DNA of 64,000 nucleotides from an uncultured Eubacteriales bacterium (GTDB lineage Bacteria; Bacillota; Clostridia; Christensenellales; CAG-314): NCBI GenBank assembly GCA_948938605.1, contig CARAIG010000073.1, positions 6,432 to 70,431 of the forward strand, read 5' to 3'. Shown piece by piece: positions 36,729 to 46,308 of this stretch (position 1 is its first letter; each line of letters starts with the position of its first letter). The notes under the pieces were generated by a model. It saw only the letters and a program-made list of their open reading frames with translations, ran no database searches and was not told where the DNA came from. The position numbers and the translations under genes were made by a program.

Positions 36729-36744
36729 TGTTTCACGTGAAACA
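36729..36744. promoter_or_regulatory. parS: parS site 3 (TGTTTCACGTGAAACA)
   Basis: Identical to site 1. Confidence 0.9.
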
Positions 36745-36867
36745 AACGCATGGGTGGCTTATAGGAACAAATAATTATTCAATTCTGGCTTCGAAAATGA
36801 AATTTGGGCTTAAAAATGGGCAAAAATGCCTGTTTTAGGGCTTTTTTAAAGTCAATTTAAATAATTT

Positions 36868-36908
36868 TGTGTAAAAAAACCGCTCAAACTGTTAGTTTGA
36901 GCGGTAAA
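36868..36908 (-). terminator. Intrinsic terminator after the cvpA-like gene
   Basis: ccgctcaaact..agtttgagcgg stem with a T-run on the minus strand. Confidence 0.8.
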
Positions 36909-36917
36909 TATTTGAAG

Positions 36918-37658
36918 TTATGCTATTGCAGACAGTGTAGCCAAATCCACATTTAATAAACGGGCTATATATGCGCCTATGACGTTTGTGTCGTGTAATG
37001 CTTGTAAAAGTTTGGAATTTGTCAAAATATTTGTAAATGTTTCCTGTATTTCAGGCGGTAACCACTTTGCAACGACAATTTCCGCTGCGGTCAAAACGAA
37101 TACGACAACTATTACATAAGCAATGACAATTGCCCATACGGCGCCAAATATTTTGTCTAGTGTTTTAAGAACGGGCAATGTTGCTAATTTTTCAAGTCCT
37201 TTTCGAACTCCCCAAAAGACCAGTTTGAAAATTAGCAGTAAAACTATCCAAATAATAAAGCCTACAATCAGTCTTGCGCACATTGCGCCGAAGTAAGCGC
37301 CTAGTGTTGTCATTTGAGACTCGCTCATAGTTGTCCATATGCGTCCGGATATGCTTTCGTTTGCCAATATACGCAAAAATCCCGATGTCGATAGGGCTGC
37401 TTCAAGTTCCTCAGGGCTATGGATTTCCATTGTAAAGGCTTCACCGTTGAACCAACCGGCCGCTGTTGTTGCAAAGCCGTTTAATATTCCGTCTTTTGCA
37501 ATCGCCGGAACTATAATCAATGTTAGTCCGATCGAGCCTATTAGTCCGACAAGCCAACAAAACCCTGCAACAAATTGTTTTGTAAAGCCTCTTATTGCGC
37601 CGATAATTAGTGATAGCGCAAATATAGCGGCAATAGCTATGTCAACATATATATGCAT
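36918..37658 (-). CDS. cvpA: CvpA-family (colicin V production-like) membrane protein
   Basis: VDIAIAAIFALSLIIGAIRGFTKQF N-terminus typical of CvpA, polytopic. AGGAGG RBS present. Confidence 0.6.
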   Translation of the reverse strand: MHIYVDIAIAAIFALSLIIGAIRGFTKQFVAGFCWLVGLIGSIGLTLIIVPAIAKDGILNGFATTAAGWFNGEAFTMEIHSPEELEAALSTSGFLRILANESISGRIWTTMSESQMTTLGAYFGAMCARLIVGFIIWIVLLLIFKLVFWGVRKGLEKLATLPVLKTLDKIFGAVWAIVIAYVIVVVFVLTAAEIVVAKWLPPEIQETFTNILTNSKLLQALHDTNVIGAYIARLLNVDLATLSAIA

Positions 37659-38163
37659 TCTGCCCTCCTTTTTGTTTAATAATGAACAATGTTCACAAAT
37701 GTCAACGTATACATTGTATATTTAAGATGTTTTGTATCTACACACCTATAAATATAATATATATATAACATCTATTGCGTTCAACGAACAAATCTCGGCT
37801 GCATTGTAAAATATATGTTAATACTACGTAAATTAACCGATTTGTAGGTGCACAAAACATTATAAATAATTATATCACAATTATCGACAAAAATAAAGTA
37901 TTTTAAAATATCGCTGACAATTAACAGATAATTAATTAATTTGACGGCAAATCAATATAAAAGTATGTTGCCGCAAAACGGTTCTAAAATTGCAACTTTC
38001 ACAACTGAACTTCTAGGGTATATTTGCGAACGCAATATGTAGTAATATATGCTATTAATTTGTAAGTCGACTTTCATAGCGCGGATTATGAGTTATTTGC
38101 GTTATTGATTAATCAAATAATTCAATATCGTCAATTTATTTAAAATGTATAGCGATATTTTTA

Positions 38164-38343
38164 TCTATATAATTTAAAAGGTCTAAATTGCCCTATAAAT
38201 TGCGACAATTGCGACGAACCGAAAAATTCCTTAATAGCGGACGATACGGGACGTACGTTAATTAACGTTTGCGGAGTAGCCTTGCCCGGCTCCTGTATTG
38301 CCATACGTTCGCGGATTACCCTTTCCAAACGCGATATACCTAT
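38164..38343 (-). pseudogene. rpoB: Isolated fragment of an RNA polymerase beta-subunit (rpoB) coding sequence
   Basis: Minus-strand frame reads [52 protein letters not shown].... Compare B. subtilis Rpo[50 protein letters not shown]. It has no start codon, no RBS and no flanking rpoB sequence. Confidence 0.8.
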
Positions 38344-38539
38344 ACAGTAACAGTGACTAACCGAATTAATGCACTAATTAAATATGTACATTTACAAACG
38401 ACATATTAAATATACAAAAATGCACAATGACGCACTTTCGACAAAATGTATTCCTGCGCGACAAAATTTGGCAATACAATATACTTAAAGCCCTGTGTCT
38501 TTGGTAACACTTATCAAAAACAATAAGGAAGGTGTCATT

Positions 38540-39064
38540 ATGTTAGAAGTCAGTATTTACAATTCAACCGATAAAGCCCGTCTTGCCGAACAGTTAAAAG
38601 ATAAGCTTACAAACGCAAATCCGCCCGTATATATGTGTATAGGTACGGAAAAAGTTTTTTCGGACAGTCTCGGTCCGCGCGTAGGTACGTTGCTCAACCT
38701 TGCTATGTACGAGCCGATGTTTGTTTACGGTTTAACCGAACAAAACATTACTGCCGAAAATTTGTGTAAAAGTTACGAATTTATCAAGTCAATGCACCCC
38801 GATAACCCCGTTGTAGTTGTCGACGCAGGCGTAGGCGAAGCGGATCAGTTAGGCAAAGTGCAGCTTTGCGACGGCGGAATTCTGCCCGGTGCCGCAACTA
38901 ATAAAAATTTGCCCGAAATCGGTGACGTAGGCATTGTCGGCATAGTGGCGGAAAAAGGTATGGGGGATTTTTACACCTTAAATTCCGCAAAGGATAAGCT
39001 GGTAGGCGAAGTGGCGCAGTTTATTGCCGAAGCCATACTGGTTGCCACGCAATTGCCCGCTTAG
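38540..39064 (+). CDS. yyaC: Putative sporulation protein/spore protease YyaC (DUF1256)
   Basis: YMCIGTEKVFSDSLGPRVGTLL, VVVVDAGVG, ILPGAATNKNLPEIGDVGIVGIV. AAGGAAGG RBS lies before the ATG at 38540. Confidence 0.8.
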   Translation: MLEVSIYNSTDKARLAEQLKDKLTNANPPVYMCIGTEKVFSDSLGPRVGTLLNLAMYEPMFVYGLTEQNITAENLCKSYEFIKSMHPDNPVVVVDAGVGEADQLGKVQLCDGGILPGAATNKNLPEIGDVGIVGIVAEKGMGDFYTLNSAKDKLVGEVAQFIAEAILVATQLPA

Positions 39065-39801
39065 TTTTTGTGGCTAGGCTCATTACAGTTTTGGCGACAT
39101 TATTCGTGTCTGTAATCCGTAAAAAAACGGTCGCAAGCGCAAACGCGGCTACGTAATCTACGCTTGCGAACTGTGTTATTCGGCGTGCCTTTCAGACTCA
39201 AAGGCTTTGTAGTTGGACTTTTTCAGTGGCGTTGCTTGCCTAAAAAGGAACGTCACAGTAATTTTTTGTCGCTTAAAACAGTTCAAAAGCGGCTTTTTTA
39301 AGCAATGTTAAAGCGAACATCCATATAATATTAAAATAAAAGGGAATGTGTCAGCGGTATAAGTACAATATGCGGACGGCATTTTACAAACAGCGTTATG
39401 TAAAACTTTTGGCTTAAATGTGCTACTGTTATCTATAACTAACCGCAAATATAAGCAAATAGTATTTAAAACGTTATTGCATTACTAGTAACTAAGTATG
39501 CGCGATTGCCTAAGGTATCAATTTTACAAATGTACTATCTGCAATAAAAAACTGTTAAATTAATAACTGCAGTAGTTATAAAGTCGGTAAAAATACAAAT
39601 ACTATCGTTATATAATTTCCAACGTAAAATTTGACACGCAAATTAACTTGTGATACAATGTTTCCAACTGCACTAATAAGGGGAGTTTGTACGGTACAGG
39701 TTGGTTTCAATGACTCTATCGCTGTATATTTGCATACGCAGCCCTTTGTTAATATTGTATGCGCGCAAGCATCAACTTTGGCGCGAAAAGGAGAATGGAT
39801 T

Positions 39802-41817
39802 TTGAACAGTCACAAACGCAGAAGTATTATTTATTCGGTTATCGCGGTGTTGTGCCTTGTCGCTCTGTTTGCTATTTTATGGACGACGTTAGGCCCACAA
39901 ACAAAAAAAATAAGCGAACCGTATTTTAAAGAACATATCGGCGACTATACCAAGATAAAACTTAACATTTACAGCGTTATTTGCCAAGACGCAAGCGGAC
40001 AAACGTATTCCTTTGTAGTAGTCGACCGCAATCAATTTGACGAATTTGTGCAAAACGCTATTCTTGAAGGAACGGCAAATCCCGAACTGATTGCAAACAA
40101 GGACCAAAACTATATTGTATCCGACCCCAACGCAACAAGTTGGACGGACTACATTATCCCCGTTTTGTGGATAGGTTTGATTATCTTGCTGGGCGTAATT
40201 ATGTTCCGTCAAATTGCTAAGCAAAATAACCAAAACATCGACTTCGGACGTTCCCGCGCAAGAGCGGTGCAAAATATCAAAGTGCGTTTTAGCGACGTCG
40301 CCGGCGCCGAAGAAGAAAAAGAAGAACTTGCAGAAATTATCGAATTTCTTAAAGACCCAAAAAAGTTTAGCGATATGGGCGCACGTATCCCCAAGGGAGT
40401 GCTGCTTGTAGGTCCTCCGGGAACAGGTAAAACTTTGTTTGCAAAAGCCGTTGCGGGCGAAGCGGGCGTGCCGTTTTTTTCCATGAGCGGTTCGGACTTT
40501 GTGGAAATGTTTGTCGGCGTAGGCGCAAGCCGCGTTCGCGACTTGTTCGACCAAGCCAAGAAAAATATGCCCTGTATTATTTTCATTGACGAAATCGACG
40601 CAGTCGGCCGTCAACGCGGAGCAGGTCTCGGCGGCGGACACGACGAACGCGAACAAACCCTTAACCAATTATTGGTGGAAATGGACGGTTTTGAAACCAG
40701 CACCAGCATTATCGTTATGGCGGCTACAAACCGCGCGGACATTCTCGACCCGGCATTAATGCGTCCCGGACGTTTCGACCGTCAAGTATACGTTAACCGT
40801 CCCGACGTTCGCGGACGCGAAGCAATCCTTAAAGTTCACGCACGTCAAAAACCTATTGGTCCCGACGTAAACTTCCGTACGGTTGCACGTATTACGGCTG
40901 GTTTTACGGGCGCAGACCTTGAAAACCTGTTAAACGAAGCGGCCATACTTGCCGTTCGCGCAGGCAGACGTATTATAACTATGGCGGACGTAAACGAAGG
41001 TATCAATAAGGTAATTATGGGACCGTCCAAAAAGTCGCGTTTGGTTACCGAACCGGATAAACGTATTACTGCATATCACGAATCGGGACACGCAATTTTG
41101 GCTTGCAGTTTAAAATATTGCGATCCCGTACACGAAGTAACCATTATTCCCCGCGGCAGAGCGGAAGGTTACACAATGACCCGTCCCGAAAACGACAACA
41201 ATTTCGAAACAAAACAGCAATTGCTTGACGACATAACAATGACGTTGGGCGGACGCGTAGCCGAAGAACTTGTCATTAAAAACATTTCTTTCGGTGCAAT
41301 GGGCGACATTAAGTCCCTTACGCAAACGGCGCGTCAAATGGTTACCGAATGGGGTATGAGCGACCGCGTAGGACCTATCTTTTACGGTAGCGACGGCGAA
41401 GTGTTCGTCGGCAGAAGTTACCAACAGGAAAAAGGTTATTCCGAGGAAATTGCCGGCATTATCGACGAAGAAGTACGCGCAATCGTCGAAAGCTGCCACA
41501 AGCGCGCAACGGAAATTCTCACTTCCAAAATCGACGTTTTGCATAATATGGCGCGTATTTTGTTCGAAAAGGAAACTATCCACACCGACGAAGTCAATAT
41601 GTTGATGGAAGGCAAATCCGTCGAAGAAATTATTGCTTTTATGGATAAGCGCGAAGCGGAGTCTGCCGCAAATACGGAAATTAAACTTCCCGAAGAACAA
41701 CACAAGACTTTTGACGAACTCGAACAGGAACAAAAGCAATCGGAAGCGGTTGAAACAGTTGAAGTTGAAAAAAAGTCTAAGAGCAAAAAGTCGGATAGCG
41801 ACGGCAAAAAAGACTAA
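39802..41817 (+). CDS. ftsH: ATP-dependent zinc metalloprotease FtsH
   Basis: [21 protein letters not shown] region, and zinc motif HESGHAI. AGGAG lies 8 nt before the TTG at 39802. The track start at 39631 is an extension. Confidence 0.95.
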   Translation: MNSHKRRSIIYSVIAVLCLVALFAILWTTLGPQTKKISEPYFKEHIGDYTKIKLNIYSVICQDASGQTYSFVVVDRNQFDEFVQNAILEGTANPELIANKDQNYIVSDPNATSWTDYIIPVLWIGLIILLGVIMFRQIAKQNNQNIDFGRSRARAVQNIKVRFSDVAGAEEEKEELAEIIEFLKDPKKFSDMGARIPKGVLLVGPPGTGKTLFAKAVAGEAGVPFFSMSGSDFVEMFVGVGASRVRDLFDQAKKNMPCIIFIDEIDAVGRQRGAGLGGGHDEREQTLNQLLVEMDGFETSTSIIVMAATNRADILDPALMRPGRFDRQVYVNRPDVRGREAILKVHARQKPIGPDVNFRTVARITAGFTGADLENLLNEAAILAVRAGRRIITMADVNEGINKVIMGPSKKSRLVTEPDKRITAYHESGHAILACSLKYCDPVHEVTIIPRGRAEGYTMTRPENDNNFETKQQLLDDITMTLGGRVAEELVIKNISFGAMGDIKSLTQTARQMVTEWGMSDRVGPIFYGSDGEVFVGRSYQQEKGYSEEIAGIIDEEVRAIVESCHKRATEILTSKIDVLHNMARILFEKETIHTDEVNMLMEGKSVEEIIAFMDKREAESAANTEIKLPEEQHKTFDELEQEQKQSEAVETVEVEKKSKSKKSDSDGKKD

Positions 41818-41831
41818 AACCGGAGATAATT

Positions 41832-42971
41832 ATGAAAAAAAGAATAGCCATCCTTTTAGGATTGATACTTGTGCTTTCGGCAGCATTTGCCGCATGTTCT
41901 CAACCTGCGGCAACCGCCAAAGCCGTACGCATAGACGGCAACGAAACCCATACTTTTAAAATAAGCATTGCCGATTTTGCGGATGCGGGCAGTACGCCGT
42001 TTAATGTTTACACTAAAAAGATTAATCAAAAAAACGAAGACGGTACAACAACCGAAACAACTCTCACTGCACGCAAGGACGAAGTTATAATGAGCGGTGA
42101 AGTAAATTTAATGAACAATTCCGATCAAATCCGTCCGTTGGACGCTAGCGGAACTTATACTGTCAATATTGACGACACCACAAACGCTACTACCGTTACG
42201 GTAACGACCGAACAAATTTTGTATTGTCAATACGAAACGGCAAAATTGCAAGAGTTAAACTGTTTGGAAACCGTTAAAAAATATAATGTAACCGCTAAGG
42301 ACGAAAATCCCTTTGAAAACAATGACGGACGTACTACGTTGCGCAGCGAAATCAAAACCTCGGTCACTTACGCCAAGGACGAAAATCAGTTGCCCGCAAA
42401 ATCAGTTAGCGAAAACAAGGGTTATTACATAGGTAAAACCGCTCAAAAGGAATCGGAATACAAGTTTGAAAGCACTTACGACTTTGAAAACAAAAAAGTA
42501 ACAGTAAAAGGTTATATCAACGGCAAGGACATAGACGAGGAGCGTGCATTAAAAGGCAACTGTATTGACGCAAACCAATTTTTAATGTTTGTCCGCAGTT
42601 ACGACAAATCTTCGGCGGCGTTCCAAGACAATCCTACAATTTCCGTATACGACGTGACTACCGACAGTACCTTTGTTGCGGCATTTGCAATAAACCGTAA
42701 ATTTAATTTATTGTACGACAATAACGGTAATGAAGCTATTGTTGCCGTCGATTCGGTTGTGTCTACTGTCGGCGGAATACCCTTTATTGCGCAATACAAT
42801 TTGCCCGACTTAACAGCGGATAACAAGGACTGTATAAACGTCGGTATTGAAAAACGTTGCAAGTACACAACGATTAAATTCCGCAGCGGTTGGTTCTCGT
42901 ACGAATTACAACCCGATCAAAATATGCAGCAATTAATAAACGGCATAAAACTCGATGTTATAGCCGAATAA
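41832..42971 (+). CDS. Hypothetical lipoprotein
   Basis: Signal peptide plus lipobox AFAAC. GGAG RBS present. No recognisable family. Confidence 0.65.
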   Translation: MKKRIAILLGLILVLSAAFAACSQPAATAKAVRIDGNETHTFKISIADFADAGSTPFNVYTKKINQKNEDGTTTETTLTARKDEVIMSGEVNLMNNSDQIRPLDASGTYTVNIDDTTNATTVTVTTEQILYCQYETAKLQELNCLETVKKYNVTAKDENPFENNDGRTTLRSEIKTSVTYAKDENQLPAKSVSENKGYYIGKTAQKESEYKFESTYDFENKKVTVKGYINGKDIDEERALKGNCIDANQFLMFVRSYDKSSAAFQDNPTISVYDVTTDSTFVAAFAINRKFNLLYDNNGNEAIVAVDSVVSTVGGIPFIAQYNLPDLTADNKDCINVGIEKRCKYTTIKFRSGWFSYELQPDQNMQQLINGIKLDVIAE

Positions 42972-42987
42972 AAAAAAATTAACAAAA

Positions 42988-43018
42988 ACGCCCGAACAAA
43001 AAATGTTCGGGCGTTTTG
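42988..43018 (+). terminator. Intrinsic terminator
   Basis: acgcccgaac...gttcgggcgt stem followed by TTTT. Confidence 0.8.
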
Positions 43019-43057
43019 CTGCGTTTTGTTTATGGATCACAAATATCGATCTTTTTG

Positions 43058-43086
43058 TTGAAAGATAGCAAAATTAATGGTACAAT
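43058..43086 (+). promoter_or_regulatory. Putative addBA promoter (-35 TTGAAA, 17 bp, extended -10 TGgTACAAT), 6 nt before the ATG
   Basis: TTGAAA at 43058-43063, TGg at 43078-43080, TACAAT at 43081-43086, ATG at 43093, no SD. Confidence 0.5.
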
Positions 43087-43092
43087 GTAAAT

Positions 43093-46000
43093 ATGGTTAC
43101 AATCAGCAAAAAAATGGTTACGCTTTACAAAAGCAATTCGATGAAGGACGCATCGGAGTTCGTTATGAATGCCGTCAAAAACGTCGACAAAAACAATCTG
43201 TCGGTAATGCACACAATCATTGTTCCCGACCGCGCTTCGCTCGAAGCGGAACGCCAACTGCTTAAAACGGTAGGGGGCAGTTTTAATGTGCAAGTACGTA
43301 CTTTCCGCAGGCTTGCAAACGACATTTTGCCCAAGTACGAATACTTATCCAAGCAAGCGGGCATCATGGCGTTAAGCAGCATTGTGCAGGATAACCGCGA
43401 CAAATTAACTTGCTACGTCAAAGCGTCCGAAACGGCAGGATTTGTATCCGATATGTATGATACGATAAGTATGATGAAATACTGCCGCATTACTCCCAAA
43501 ATGCTTACTTCGGTTACACTTTCGCGCAGTATACAAAACAAAATACACGACGTAAGCTTGCTGTATCAAGCGTATTTGGATTACTCGGCAAACCGTTTTG
43601 TCGATTCTGCCGACAAAATGGACTTGCTTTGCGAAAGTATATCTTCGTCCGATGCGGTTAAAAACACTTACTTTTATCTTTACGATTTCGACAATTTGTC
43701 GGTGCAGGAACTTGCCGTACTCGAACAGCTTATGAAATGCGGTTTAGGCGTCACCGTTGCGTGTTGTGCGGGCAAAAACGCTCACGACAAGTATTTGTAC
43801 TTGGACGACATTTACAACAGCGTCAAGGCAATCTGCGCCCAAAACAATATTCAGGTAAACGAAGTCGAAGGCTGCCGTTATGTCAACCGTTACGCCGAAC
43901 AAATAGGGCGCAATATGTTTAGATATAACGATTGTAAGCCCGTTTCTGCCGATAACTTCGTGGAAGTTTTTCAAGGCGCAACGCGTGTGCAGGAAGTTTA
44001 TGCGCTTGCGTGCCGTATTCAAAAATATGTCCGCAGCGGCGGACGCTTTAAGGACGTGTATGTCGTAACCAGCGACGTTAACCGTTATTACAATGCGGTG
44101 AGTACCGTTTTTGACGAATTTGACATTCCTTACTTTTGCGACCGTCAATTTGTATTGTCGGCGCATCCTTATGCACGTTTTGTGTTGGATTACTTACAAA
44201 TTTTCCGCAACAACGGCAAGTTGACAAGCGTGCTGCCCTTTGTCAAAAACCATTTGTTTTGTTCGGCGCTTCCGCAAGACGAACAGGACGACGTTTATCT
44301 GTTTGAAAACTACTGCCTAAAATACAACGTATCCTACCGTTACGACGAGTTTAATTTGGGCAAAAACGAAACGTATTACAGCCGTGCAAACCGTTTCCGC
44401 AACCGCTTTAACGCATTGTACAAGCAGGTTGTAATTCCGTCGTCGGATACGGTTGAAAATTACGTAAAGGTCGTAAGGCGGTTGATAGAATATGCAAAGT
44501 TAAACGAAACAGCCGAACGCTTTGCAAAATCGCAGGAAGAATACGGATTCGACTTCGAAAGTAAAACCACAAGTCAAGCCGCCGATAAATTCGATCAAGT
44601 GCTTGCCCAAGCGGAAAAGGTATTGGGACGGCGTTATGTTAAGTTGGACGAATTTATCAACACTTTAAATATGGGTGTGGAAGCGGTTAAAATATCCGTA
44701 CTGCCTGTTAGCAACGACTGCGTAATATTCGCTAATATGGCAAAAGCGCGCAAGCACGACGTAAAGTTCTTGGCTCTTTTGGGCGCAAATTACGGCGCAA
44801 TGCCTATCGTTAAAAAGGACAGTAAACTTTTGTCCGACGCTAACATTAAGGATTTGGTTGCTTGCGGAATAAATTTCGAGCCGCAAATGTTGACGGAAAA
44901 CAGGCGCGAACGTTTCAGTTTGTTTCAACTGTTACAGGAACCTACCGACAAACTGTACGTATCCTTTGCGGAAATGGACGGTAACGAAGCGTTAACCCCG
45001 TCGCCGTTTGTGGACGAACTTTATACGTTGTTTAGCGTAAACGGCCAAAAACTCCAACCGACAGACATTGCCGACGAAGATGTTTATACGCAAAAACAAG
45101 CGTTGGCAAAGGTGGTTTTAAACGCCCGTAAATTAAAGGATAACCAAGCGGTTAAAATGCCTGCATTTGCGGCGCTGTCCGCCAAGTATGCCGATTTGTG
45201 CCGTAAGTATGAATTTACCAAAAGCGGCAAGGATGTCCGCGTAGAACAAGGGGCGGATTTGTATCTTAAAAATTCCCGTACAAGCGTAAGCCAACTGACA
45301 GATTTCTTTAAGTGCCCGTACAAGTTTTATATGCGTTACGGCATTAACGTCAAACCACGCGAGGCGGCAAAACTGCAATCGTCCGATTTGGGCAATATCT
45401 TGCACGAAGTGTTGGAAATTTATGTTCGCGGTTTAGACGTAAACGAAGACGATTCGATAACCGTTGCTAAGGCAAGACAGTGCTTCGAAGACGCGTTATC
45501 CGACGACTTCTACAAGGGATTGCGCGCCGATCCGCAAATGCAAGGTACATTGGATCAGTTGGAAGAAGAATGTGTGCGTATGTGTCAAGTTGTAAAACAA
45601 CAACTTTTAACTTCCGATTTTACCAACCTTGCCACCGAAATGTCATTCGGCGCAGGGGAGGAATTTCCGCCTGTTGAAGTAAAGTTTGACGGCGGAAAGT
45701 TTAACTTGGTAGGTAAAATCGACCGCGTGGATGTCAACGGTGACAGGTTTATAGTAATAGACTACAAAAGCGGCGCCGCGGCTGCGCATTATACCGAATC
45801 GGACTTGTATACGGGACACAAATTACAATTGCTTGTGTATATGCAAGCGGTACTTAACAACCATCCTAAATTACGCCCTGCGGGATTCTACTATTTTAAT
45901 ATTCACAACAAATTTGCCCGCGTAGACGCCGAAAAAGTGTATTTTTATAACGGGCGGACATTGAACGATATTGACGTAGCGTGCGCAATAGACAAAAAGT

Positions 46001-46308
46001 TAAGGGACGGCAAAAGCGAAAAGTTGGGTATAAAACTGTCGCAAGACAAAAGCAAAATCGATCAACGCTGCGGTTCTATCATCAGCGACGAACAGTTCGA
46101 TAACCAAATGGAATACGCATTTAAACTTATTGCCAATGCGGGCGAATTGATGAACAATGGATATGCCGCGGTAAGTCCGTACAAAGGTACGTGCGACATT
46201 TGCGATTATCGGGATATATGCGACTTTAACGACGCGTATTCGTACGAAGAACGCAAAGTAAGCAAAACCATAAACAAAAAAGTAATTGACAAAACGGTGA
46301 ACAAATGA
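43093..46308 (+). CDS. addB: Helicase-exonuclease AddAB, subunit AddB (Fe-S nuclease type)
   Basis: Size and position upstream of addA. C-terminal RecB-like nuclease with a Cys cluster (C...CDICDYRDIC). No Walker A seen in the N-terminus. Confidence 0.9.
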   Translation: MVTISKKMVTLYKSNSMKDASEFVMNAVKNVDKNNLSVMHTIIVPDRASLEAERQLLKTVGGSFNVQVRTFRRLANDILPKYEYLSKQAGIMALSSIVQDNRDKLTCYVKASETAGFVSDMYDTISMMKYCRITPKMLTSVTLSRSIQNKIHDVSLLYQAYLDYSANRFVDSADKMDLLCESISSSDAVKNTYFYLYDFDNLSVQELAVLEQLMKCGLGVTVACCAGKNAHDKYLYLDDIYNSVKAICAQNNIQVNEVEGCRYVNRYAEQIGRNMFRYNDCKPVSADNFVEVFQGATRVQEVYALACRIQKYVRSGGRFKDVYVVTSDVNRYYNAVSTVFDEFDIPYFCDRQFVLSAHPYARFVLDYLQIFRNNGKLTSVLPFVKNHLFCSALPQDEQDDVYLFENYCLKYNVSYRYDEFNLGKNETYYSRANRFRNRFNALYKQVVIPSSDTVENYVKVVRRLIEYAKLNETAERFAKSQEEYGFDFESKTTSQAADKFDQVLAQAEKVLGRRYVKLDEFINTLNMGVEAVKISVLPVSNDCVIFANMAKARKHDVKFLALLGANYGAMPIVKKDSKLLSDANIKDLVACGINFEPQMLTENRRERFSLFQLLQEPTDKLYVSFAEMDGNEALTPSPFVDELYTLFSVNGQKLQPTDIADEDVYTQKQALAKVVLNARKLKDNQAVKMPAFAALSAKYADLCRKYEFTKSGKDVRVEQGADLYLKNSRTSVSQLTDFFKCPYKFYMRYGINVKPREAAKLQSSDLGNILHEVLEIYVRGLDVNEDDSITVAKARQCFEDALSDDFYKGLRADPQMQGTLDQLEEECVRMCQVVKQQLLTSDFTNLATEMSFGAGEEFPPVEVKFDGGKFNLVGKIDRVDVNGDRFIVIDYKSGAAAAHYTESDLYTGHKLQLLVYMQAVLNNHPKLRPAGFYYFNIHNKFARVDAEKVYFYNGRTLNDIDVACAIDKKLRDGKSEKLGIKLSQDKSKIDQRCGSIISDEQFDNQMEYAFKLIANAGELMNNGYAAVSPYKGTCDICDYRDICDFNDAYSYEERKVSKTINKKVIDKTVNK

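Noticed and set aside
39155-39169. A 12-13-nt match (aatctacgcttg) between 39155 and 20311, suggesting another family-A fragment upstream of ftsH.
   Set aside because: Exact 12-mer matches are expected by chance many times in a 64-kb self-comparison, and I found no collinear additional blocks.
39631-39801. Long N-terminal extensions in track ORFs: ftsH from 39631, parA from 33422, pepV to 12615, deoD to 17239, uvrC from 50630, yyaC from 38495, radC from 12541, rbr to 964.
   Set aside because: Internal starts have proper SD spacing (or, for uvrC, the promoter geometry) and give canonical N-termini. The extensions are non-conserved-looking read-through of upstream spacer.
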